From an uncultured archaeon (GTDB lineage Archaea > Iainarchaeota > Iainarchaeia > Iainarchaeales > JAAZKV01), in NCBI GenBank assembly GCA_964551375.1, contig CAZKBG010000001.1, positions 897,329 to 929,328 of the forward strand: a stretch of 32,000 bases of DNA. Direction: 5' to 3'. Shown here in pieces: positions 8,914 through 17,776 of this stretch (the first letter of the stretch is position 1; every line of letters begins with the position of its first letter). The position numbers and the translations under genes are program-made. The notes beneath the pieces were generated by a model. That model ran no database searches, was not told where the DNA came from, and saw only the letters and a program-made list of their open reading frames with translations.

Positions 8914-9516
8914 CTAAAAGTATTCATTAATCGCAGCAACTTGATCAGAATCCCATTTTCTTTTAAAATCAATTTCGCTTTCGCGCTTTCTTATTTCATC
9001 TGAAATTAATCTAAAATGCTCGGGAAAATTTGGATGTCCAGCATATTTTTGATACCACCAATCTCTTTTTCCTGATTTAAAAGTCGCAAACTCAAGTCCT
9101 CTAAATGGAAGCCAAGTTCCGGGCTTTTTACTATTCGCTCCGGTGCTTTTGTAAAACAAAACTTTTCTTCCCATATTATCAAGCACAATCACAATCGGGC
9201 GGTTTAATCCTTCCATTTTAATTCCAGTTTTTAGCATGGTGAAATTGACTTTTTTTCCTCCAACTTCAACCGCAAAACGGTGCTGGGATTTTAGAAGCTC
9301 TCTAACAAAAGGAATTTCTCTAAGCTGAGCAAAATATTTCTGCCTTGCTGATAATAATCTCCTTGCACGGAGCTGAACAGTTTGCGTGGGAGCAGATTTT
9401 GCTCCAAGAGCGCCAACCCTTTCATGATGCTTTAAGTTTTGTTTTTTTATTTGGACGGCGGAGCGGTAGCGTGAAGCAGGAGGAGCGCGTTTTAGTAAAG
9501 AACTTGTAATTGGCAT
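8914..9516 (-). CDS. hypothetical basic protein, no family recognised
   Basis: A 200-codon open frame in an AT-rich genome. The N-terminal ~60 aa are R/K/A/Q-rich. The C-terminal part carries aromatic strings (GTWLPFRGLEF, RDWWYQKYAGHPNFPEHF). I recognise no motif. Confidence 0.5.
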   Translation of the reverse strand: MPITSSLLKRAPPASRYRSAVQIKKQNLKHHERVGALGAKSAPTQTVQLRARRLLSARQKYFAQLREIPFVRELLKSQHRFAVEVGGKKVNFTMLKTGIKMEGLNRPIVIVLDNMGRKVLFYKSTGANSKKPGTWLPFRGLEFATFKSGKRDWWYQKYAGHPNFPEHFRLISDEIRKRESEIDFKRKWDSDQVAAINEYF

Positions 9517-9746
9517 GTAAAACTAATGCCTTCTTTAGTTAAAATTCTTTTTTTAGCGTTTAGAAAGCAAAAGAAGGCTAATTTTGAGGGCTTTAGAACA
9601 AGCCTTTAAAAACTTTCTTATGGGGGAATTAATTAAGCGTATACTGGTGAACGGCTTAAAATCGCTGTGTGACGCGAATAGTCCTACCGGACGGTTAGTG
9701 ATAACTGGCTATTAGTAGGATATTTTGTGCGATTGGAGGAATCATA

Positions 9747-11012
<1,266 letters not shown>

Positions 11013-11040
11013 TTAATGCGATAACAAACAAAAGATTAGT

Positions 11041-11091
11041 TGATTCGTTCTAAGAACGAGTCAGTGGGGATGGAAGTTATTTTCCATCTCC
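11041..11091 (+). other. two consecutive 10-bp hairpins in the tuf-rps10 spacer
   Basis: tgattcgttc-taa-gaacgagtca (11041-11063) and ggggatggaa-gttatt-ttccatctcc (11066-11091), each with one G-U pair. A TATA-like ctttatattt follows. Confidence 0.35.
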
Positions 11092-11129
11092 GCCTTTATA
11101 TTTAGTAAGAAAAAGGAAAGTGGGTGTTT

Positions 11130-11438
11130 ATGCAGACAGCAAGAATAAAACTAAGCAGTACAAACTTTGAAACCTTGGAGGACATATGCAACAGAATAAT
11201 TGACGTTGCGGAAAGGACCGGAGCTAAACACTCAGGAAAAATTCCTCTCCCTACAAAGAAACTTTGCATTCCTACAAGAAAAGGTCCATGCGGGGGCGGA
11301 ACAGAAACATACGAACAGTGGCAGATGAGAATCCACAAAAGACTAATTGACATACAAGCCGACGAAAGGACACTAAAAAGGGTAATGAGAGTAGAAATAC
11401 CTGAAAGTGTACACTTAGAAATTGACTTGAAGGGATAA
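11130..11438 (+). CDS. rps10: 30S ribosomal protein S10 (uS10)
   Basis: ARIKLSSTNFETLEDICNRIIDVAERTGAKHSGKIPLPTKKL...MRIHKRLIDIQADERTLKRVMRVEIPESV matches archaeal S10 closely. I prefer ATG 11130 over the ORF-track GTG 11124. Confidence 0.93.
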   Translation: MQTARIKLSSTNFETLEDICNRIIDVAERTGAKHSGKIPLPTKKLCIPTRKGPCGGGTETYEQWQMRIHKRLIDIQADERTLKRVMRVEIPESVHLEIDLKG

Positions 11439-11469
11439 AACTCTTCACAAAAATTCAATATGCTTTGAG

Positions 11470-11507
11470 TTGAAAGGAAAACTTCCTTTCAATCAAAACT
11501 TTTTCTT
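11470..11507. terminator. perfect hairpin between convergent rps10 and ferritin genes
   Basis: ttgaaaggaa-aac-ttcctttcaa forms a perfect 10-bp stem at 11470-11492. T5 lies at 11500-11504 on the plus strand, and a T5 also follows the hairpin on the minus strand. Confidence 0.55.
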
Positions 11508-11531
11508 AAAAAATCTTTAAACTAACCCAAG

Positions 11532-12035
11532 TTAGTCTTCCTCACCCTTTCTTTTTCCAAGTCTATGGTCAAGCATCATTAAAGCGGGAGGCATATCCTT
11601 CACTAACTTTAATTGCCCTACTATTTCGCTTGTATTAGCTTCTTCTTCAACTTGTTCGCTTACAAACCAATTCAGCATGACTTCAGTAGCGCTGTCTTTT
11701 TCTTTCTCAGCAAGAGTTCTCAAATCATGAATGCTTTTTGTAATGAACTGCTCGTGTTCATATGCTTCTTCAAACGCGTCAAGCGGAGATTTCCAAGCAA
11801 GTTTTGGAGCTTCAATTGAAGCAAGTTTTACTGTTCCTCCTCTTTCAATCAAAAAATCAAACAACTTAGTCGCATGAACCCTTTCCTCTCCTTCCTGAAC
11901 CCTCATCCAAGTTCCAAACCCTTTCAAATTCTGCTCTTCAAACCAAGCAGCCATTGACCAGTATAAGTACGCGCTAAAAAGCTCCTTATTTATTTGCTCG
12001 TTAATTGCCTTTTCTACGGCTGAACTAATCTTCAT
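11532..12035 (-). CDS. ferritin (non-haem, ferritin-like di-iron four-helix bundle)
   Basis: 167 aa. INEQINKELFSAYLYWSMAAWF...EGEERVHATKLFDFL...AYEHEQFITKSIHDL...NWFVSEQVEEE carries the ferroxidase-centre ligand pattern (E, ExxH, E, QxxE). Confidence 0.85.
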   Translation of the reverse strand: MKISSAVEKAINEQINKELFSAYLYWSMAAWFEEQNLKGFGTWMRVQEGEERVHATKLFDFLIERGGTVKLASIEAPKLAWKSPLDAFEEAYEHEQFITKSIHDLRTLAEKEKDSATEVMLNWFVSEQVEEEANTSEIVGQLKLVKDMPPALMMLDHRLGKRKGEED

Positions 12036-12224
12036 ACCATCACCGGTGCCTCTTTGTGGGCAAAAAAACTTTTAAGACTACCTGTTACTTTTAGAGGCGT
12101 CATTTTTCCTGAATTGACGCATTTTTTTATAAAAATCAACAATTAAAAAGTCCGAAGCCTTACTTAATACGGCAAATTTGCATGAGTTGATAATATTTTT
12201 AAGAAAATTTTATTTATTATTTTA

Positions 12225-15200
12225 GTGCTAAGTGCTGCGCAAATTGTGTTCGCAACAGACATCTCAACATGCTCTGATATTAACGCTCTAATTACAACAA
12301 CCCCTGGAGGGAATTTTGTTTTAACAACTGATATTGACTGCGCTGCTTACACTGCTGCCGGCGACAAGTTTGGGACAATTAATTTTACAGGAACATTTGA
12401 CGGAAACAATCATACAATTTCAAACCTTTACATAAACAAAGCCGGGTCATATTCTGGACTTTTTAGAACTTCAACAGGAACAATAACAAATCTCAATATT
12501 ACTGATGCAAATGTTTTAGGAACCGCATATGTTGGAGTGCTTGCGGGACAGGCATATGGAACAATAAGCAATGTAAGAATTACTAATTCAGCAGTATACG
12601 GCTCAAGCTCAACAGGATATGTTGGAGGATTCATTGGAACAACAAACTCAAGCTCGTTAAATCTCACAAATTCTGAAGGAACATTTCTCTACATCGTAGG
12701 CTCGGGACCATATACAGGCGGACTTGTAGGGCACATGACTTATTCAGGAACTTTAGTAACTGATTTGAATGTAACAATTCTTGGGGACATAAACGGAACA
12801 ACATACACCGCAGGAATGTTTGGATATCTTGGAAGCGGAGCGCTAAGGCTCAAAGCAACAATAAACAGACTTAAAGGAACAACATATGCATCAGGACTTA
12901 TTGGAAGTATTTATTCAAACAATGATATAAATTATTCAACGGTTGACGCAAATCGTATTGAAGGCACATATCCTGTTGGCGGGCTAATCGCATACAATGG
13001 AAGAGGATGCTGTTCAAATTATACTCGGGTAAATTTTGCAAGAGTAAATATCGCAGAACTTAGAGGAACCGGAAGCGGAATAGGCGGGATATACGGCAAC
13101 CCCACAGCTGATGGAGGAGCGACAATAAATGACTCAAATGCAATCATTGGAAGATTAATTACTTCCGGATCAAATGTTGGGGGAATACTTGGTGTATCAA
13201 GCGGAAATGCTTATATTAATCGCTCAAATGTAACAATACAAATAGAAATAAGCAGGGGGGGCACGGGCGATTCGTATATTGGGGGTATTGCTGGACAAGC
13301 ATATGCAATCGCAGATTCAAGCGCTGATGTGAATATACTTTGGGTAGGTTCATACTCTGGAAATAAAATCGGCGGGCTTGCAGGATATATCAACGGCTCA
13401 GTTTCAAGGTCATCAGTTAGGGGGGCATTAGTACAAGGAGGCACTGCAAGCTCAAGCGAATCAATTGTCGGAGGGCTTGTCGGAGATTTAAGCGGAAATG
13501 TAACTGACACAAATATCAGATTAATTGATGTAAACGGACGCGCAACAGTAGGCGGACTCGCAGGATACGGCAGAGGAAATATTGTTAACGTAAAAATTGA
13601 CATTAATAATGTGCGAGCAACAAATGGGGCTGCTGCAGGAGCAGTTGCGCTTCAGTACAACGGAGATATTAATTCAGTGAGCGTTGATGTGAATACGGTT
13701 ATAGGAACAACAAACGTTGCGGGACTTATAGGGTACTTCAACGGAGGCTGCTGTTCAAATGTAGCGCGTGTGAATAAATCAAGCGTGCGCTCAAATCAAA
13801 TAACTGGGGTTGGAAATGTTGCTGGACTTGTCGGAACAAATGATGTTGACGGTGGAACATGGATTTATGATTCAAACGCAATAGTTGGAAGAATAAATGC
13901 AACAAGCACTTATGTTGGAGGGCTCGCAGGAGGAAGAAGCAGCGGAGATACTCACATTTACAGAAGCTTTGCAAGGGCATACATTGAACTAACAAGAGGG
14001 GGAACAGGAGACCAACAACTTGGAGGACTTGCAGGGAAAGCAGGAACCGTTTCACAAAGCTATGCTGATGTTAATATTGATGTAACTCCTGGAATGTATG
14101 GACACTATATCGGAGGACTTGTTGGAAGTGCGGCAACAATAACCCAATCATATGCTACAGGAAATTATATCCGAGTTCCGGGAAGCACAAACTATGTCGG
14201 AGGGCTTGCGGGGTACGTAAGCACAGGCGGAATTAGCGACTCAAATTCATTCTTTTCTGATATTAATGGAGCGAGTTATGTGGGCGGACTTGCAGGAGCA
14301 GTAGGAGGAGGAAACGTAGTTAGAAGTCATTCAAGAACAACAAATGTAAAAGGAACTGCAAGCAATATCGGCGGACTTATTGGAGCATATTCAGGAGATG
14401 GATTTGATGTTAATGACTGTTATTATGACGGAAACTTAGTAAGCGGAGCAGGAAGCGTTGCGGGACTCGTTGGAAATTATGGATACAATGCAGGATATAC
14501 AAATGAGTTTTACAGAAATTATGCAAGAGTAAATTACATTAATTCAGCAGGCGCTGGAATCGGGGGGCTAATAGGTGCTCCAAGCGCATCAGCAACAAAA
14601 GTTTATGACTCAAATGCAATAATTGGAAGAATTTACAATAGCTCAACAAGCTACACAGGCGGATTAGTAGGGGGCGGTTCAAGCGGAGCAGGAATTGATA
14701 TTTATAGAAGCTTTGCAAGAGCATATCTTGAATTAGGAAGAGGGGGAACCGGAGATTCTTTTGTCGGAGGACTTTCAGGATATTCAAACGGAATTTATGA
14801 CTGTTATGCCGACACAAACATAAACGAATATATCACAACAATGTACGGGCACAAAACAGGAGGACTTGCAGGAAGAGCAGTAACAATCCAGCGCTCAAAT
14901 GCATTTGGAGATTACATAAAAGTAACTGCAAGCACAAATTATATCGGAGGGCTTGTAGGGATACTTGAAGGAAGTGGGGGAATCACAGACTCAAACTCAA
15001 GATTTAATGATATTAATGGGGCGAGTTATGTTGGGGGGCTTGCAGGGCAAGTTGGAAGCGGAAGCATTGTAAGAAGCAATGCTAGAGTAAACAATATTAT
15101 TGCAACTGGAAGTTCAGTGGGTGGATTAGTTGGAACTTATTCAGGAGATGGGTTTGATGTTAATGATTCATATTATGACGGAAATACTGTTAGCGGAGCA

Positions 15201-16727
15201 AGCAACGTTTCAGGATTTGTTGGGACAGTTGGATATAGCGCAGGATACACAAATGAATTTTACCGAAATTATTCGAGGGCAAATTATTTGAATGGAACCG
15301 GCTCCGCAGTCGGAGGACTTGTTGGCGGACCAGTTGCATCAGCAACAATGATTTATGATTCAAATGCAATAATTGGGAGAATATACGCTTCAGGAGGATA
15401 TGTTGGAGGACTTGTTGGAGGCGGAACGAGCGGAGCAGGAATTAATATTTACCGCTCAAATGCAAAAGCAAATGTTTTAGCATATAGAGGGGGAAGCGGA
15501 GACATTTATGTTGGCGGACTAGCAGGATATGTTAATTCAATAAACCAAAGCTACTTTGACGGAAATGTTGACTTATCACTAAGCCCCGTTTATCAAAGAC
15601 GAGTCGGAGGACTTGCAGGACGCGCAGCTGATATAAATAATTCTTATGCAAAAGGAAGTTATGTTGTTGTTTTAGTCGCATCAAGTTCATACATTGGAGG
15701 TCTTGCAGGGGAAGTAACTGGGACAGTAAATAATTCTTATGCAATATACCCTGATGTTAACGGATTATCTTCCCAAGTTGGAGGACTTGTGGGTTCAGTC
15801 GGGACCTCAATAAGCAACTCATTCTTTGTAGGGCGAGTAAAAACAACCGCGGCGAATGATAATAACATTTATGGTGAATATGCTACAAATCCAGCAAGAG
15901 TAGTGAATTGTTATTTTGTTAATCCCACTTCAACAAATGTTGTTCAATTAAACGGTGTGTCAAAAAATAATTCATACAGTGACATGGGGACGGCGTATTT
16001 TAAGGGTCTTGTGAGAAACTTATCTCGCGAGCCATTTACTTACTGGACATTCCATAACTATGGAGGAGATGTTTGGTACCAGTGGAGCGCAGATTACCCA
16101 AATCTATATCCTGATCCGACAAGATATTATTTGCCAGCTGGAAAATATATTTCAAACTCAATTTATTTTGGTCCTACTCCAAAAAGGTTTGTAAGTGTTG
16201 ATTTTAATGGATATTTAGTAAGTGCTGCTGGAGTTGATTCTAATATAAGAATACAAATAAGAACATCTGACTCAAATGACTTGGCAACTGGAATATGGAG
16301 CGAACAATTTGTCGGGCCTGATGATACAAATACATCTTATTACACACTTTCTGGCACAACTGATATTTCACAAAGCCACGATTATGATACGTGGTTCCAG
16401 TGGCAAGCATTTTTGGACAGCAATGATTCGCAGTACACTCCAATGCTTAGAAGCGTTGATGTAAATGCAGTAAGCATAGGACATTTAGTCTTAAGCGCCC
16501 CGCAGACAGGATTTAACTGGGAATCATTTGATTCAAATGAAAATCTTTATCCTGAAAGAGTGTCCTGGAGTTACTCATTAAACAGTGGAGCGAACTGGAC
16601 GGCTTCGCCGCTTAAAACACTAAGCGGAGCAACAGCAATTTTGCTAAAAGCTTTCCTAATCGGAACAAATGACAATAATACACCAAGAATTGACAATAAT
16701 GTTATTGTTGCATACACTCGAGATTAG
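12225..16727 (+). CDS. giant secreted GG[LI]xG-repeat (GLUG-motif-like, probable beta-solenoid) surface protein
   Basis: 1500 codons from the first canonical start (GTG 12225). By eye I count 27 strict G-G-[LIF]-x-G motifs plus about eight degenerate ones. There is a non-repetitive W/Y/N-rich C-terminal ~300 aa, many N-x-S/T sequons and no C-terminal TM segment. The true start is probably upstream (see findings). Confidence 0.75.
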   Translation: MLSAAQIVFATDISTCSDINALITTTPGGNFVLTTDIDCAAYTAAGDKFGTINFTGTFDGNNHTISNLYINKAGSYSGLFRTSTGTITNLNITDANVLGTAYVGVLAGQAYGTISNVRITNSAVYGSSSTGYVGGFIGTTNSSSLNLTNSEGTFLYIVGSGPYTGGLVGHMTYSGTLVTDLNVTILGDINGTTYTAGMFGYLGSGALRLKATINRLKGTTYASGLIGSIYSNNDINYSTVDANRIEGTYPVGGLIAYNGRGCCSNYTRVNFARVNIAELRGTGSGIGGIYGNPTADGGATINDSNAIIGRLITSGSNVGGILGVSSGNAYINRSNVTIQIEISRGGTGDSYIGGIAGQAYAIADSSADVNILWVGSYSGNKIGGLAGYINGSVSRSSVRGALVQGGTASSSESIVGGLVGDLSGNVTDTNIRLIDVNGRATVGGLAGYGRGNIVNVKIDINNVRATNGAAAGAVALQYNGDINSVSVDVNTVIGTTNVAGLIGYFNGGCCSNVARVNKSSVRSNQITGVGNVAGLVGTNDVDGGTWIYDSNAIVGRINATSTYVGGLAGGRSSGDTHIYRSFARAYIELTRGGTGDQQLGGLAGKAGTVSQSYADVNIDVTPGMYGHYIGGLVGSAATITQSYATGNYIRVPGSTNYVGGLAGYVSTGGISDSNSFFSDINGASYVGGLAGAVGGGNVVRSHSRTTNVKGTASNIGGLIGAYSGDGFDVNDCYYDGNLVSGAGSVAGLVGNYGYNAGYTNEFYRNYARVNYINSAGAGIGGLIGAPSASATKVYDSNAIIGRIYNSSTSYTGGLVGGGSSGAGIDIYRSFARAYLELGRGGTGDSFVGGLSGYSNGIYDCYADTNINEYITTMYGHKTGGLAGRAVTIQRSNAFGDYIKVTASTNYIGGLVGILEGSGGITDSNSRFNDINGASYVGGLAGQVGSGSIVRSNARVNNIIATGSSVGGLVGTYSGDGFDVNDSYYDGNTVSGASNVSGFVGTVGYSAGYTNEFYRNYSRANYLNGTGSAVGGLVGGPVASATMIYDSNAIIGRIYASGGYVGGLVGGGTSGAGINIYRSNAKANVLAYRGGSGDIYVGGLAGYVNSINQSYFDGNVDLSLSPVYQRRVGGLAGRAADINNSYAKGSYVVVLVASSSYIGGLAGEVTGTVNNSYAIYPDVNGLSSQVGGLVGSVGTSISNSFFVGRVKTTAANDNNIYGEYATNPARVVNCYFVNPTSTNVVQLNGVSKNNSYSDMGTAYFKGLVRNLSREPFTYWTFHNYGGDVWYQWSADYPNLYPDPTRYYLPAGKYISNSIYFGPTPKRFVSVDFNGYLVSAAGVDSNIRIQIRTSDSNDLATGIWSEQFVGPDDTNTSYYTLSGTTDISQSHDYDTWFQWQAFLDSNDSQYTPMLRSVDVNAVSIGHLVLSAPQTGFNWESFDSNENLYPERVSWSYSLNSGANWTASPLKTLSGATAILLKAFLIGTNDNNTPRIDNNVIVAYTRD
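13008..15800 (+). repeat. four tandem in-frame super-repeats of 738-750 nt inside the giant ORF
   Basis: The codons for DSNAI[IV]GR start at 13131, 13869, 14607 and 15357 (spacings 738, 738 and 750 nt). DINGASYVGGLAG starts at 14259 and 15009. CCSN starts at 13008 and 13749. The array boundaries are approximate. Confidence 0.7.
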
Positions 16728-16791
16728 CTGCGATTGACCCTCAAACTTGGTCCACGCAAAACATAAAAACTACTTACAGCCTAATGTTATT

Positions 16792-17256
16792 ATGAAAGAC
16801 TTCATGCTTGAGGCAATTAAAGAAGCAAAAAAAGCTCTGCGAAAAAATCAAGGCGGACCGTTTGGCGCGGTAATTGTAAAAAAAGGGAAAATAATTGCAC
16901 GCGGGCATAATATGGTGCTGTCCACAAACGACCCCACTGCGCACGCTGAAGTAGTTGCAATAAGAAGGGCTACAAAAAAACTCAAAAGATTTAATTTAAG
17001 CGACTGCGAGTTATACTCTTCATGCGAACCGTGCCCGATGTGCCTTGCTGCAGCTGAGTGGGCAAAAATAAAAACGCTGTACTACGGATGCACAAGAAAT
17101 GACGCTGCGAAAATAGGGTTTGACGACAAAAAAATTTACGGCGATATTAAAGCGGCTCCAAAAAGCAGGCTCATTAAAGAAATACACGTGCATGAAGATG
17201 CTGAATTTATTCCTTTTTTAGAATGGGAAAAAAAGAAAAACAAAAAACAGTACTAA
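16792..17256 (+). CDS. guaD: CDA-fold guanine deaminase (GuaD-like)
   Basis: GGPFGAVIVKKGKIIARGHN...NDPTAHAEVVAIR...SCEPCPMCLAAAEW...DAAKIGFDDKKIY and a C-terminal KKQY closely track my recollection of Bacillus GuaD (HAE plus PCxxC zinc site, GFDD, C-terminal Tyr). I prefer ATG 16792 over the ORF-track TTG 16747. Confidence 0.75.
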   Translation: MKDFMLEAIKEAKKALRKNQGGPFGAVIVKKGKIIARGHNMVLSTNDPTAHAEVVAIRRATKKLKRFNLSDCELYSSCEPCPMCLAAAEWAKIKTLYYGCTRNDAAKIGFDDKKIYGDIKAAPKSRLIKEIHVHEDAEFIPFLEWEKKKNKKQY

Positions 17257-17281
17257 AACGAAAAGTAATTTTGGTGATTTA

Positions 17282-17722
17282 GTGGCGTTTGAGCACTTTG
17301 AACACAGAGCAGATATTGGCGTGCGCGGAATTGGAAAAACAATTGAAGAAGCATTTGGCGAATGCGCAAAGGGAATGTATGAAATAATGGCTGATGTTAA
17401 TTCAATTGAGCCTAAAAAAGCGCATGTATTTACAGTTACTGCTTCTGATAAACAGGCGCTTCTTGTTGCATTTTTGAATGAGCTTTTATTTATCAAAGAC
17501 AAAAAGAAAATGATTTACTCAAAAATAAGAGTAAATATTTACACAATTTTAGATGATTCAAAAACAAGCGAAACTTGGGAACTAAAAGCAACTGTGTTTG
17601 GGGAAAAAATTGACCAAAAGAAGCATAAAATAAAAGTTGACGCAAAAGCCGCAACTTACTCCGAGCTCAAAGTTGAAACGCAGGGAGACAATTGGATTGC
17701 GCAGTGCATAATTGATGTTTGA
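17282..17722 (+). CDS. archease (RtcB activator/chaperone)
   Basis: The N-terminal FEHFEHRADIGVRGIGKTIEEAFGECAKGM is the archease signature. It starts at GTG with GGTGA 4 nt upstream and sits directly upstream of rtcB. Confidence 0.85.
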   Translation: MAFEHFEHRADIGVRGIGKTIEEAFGECAKGMYEIMADVNSIEPKKAHVFTVTASDKQALLVAFLNELLFIKDKKKMIYSKIRVNIYTILDDSKTSETWELKATVFGEKIDQKKHKIKVDAKAATYSELKVETQGDNWIAQCIIDV

Positions 17723-17776
17723 TTAAATAAATTTTGAATAAAGCGTTAAGTAAATGTTATTTAATTTGTGATAAAT

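Noticed and set aside
9620-9715. A 31-codon uORF ([31 protein letters not shown]) in the tuf upstream spacer.
   Set aside because: It has no Shine-Dalgarno sequence. Its ATG sits only ~10 nt after the best TATA-like element, so it is probably not transcribed from that promoter. It has no recognisable family. The region is kept only as a possible structured leader.
12097-12120. Inverted repeat GCGTCA-N12-TGACGC upstream of ferritin, considered as a possible metal-regulator operator.
   Set aside because: It has only 6-bp arms with a mismatch outside them. Such a repeat is expected by chance somewhere in a 190-nt spacer, and it shows no resemblance I can vouch for to known Fur/DtxR boxes.
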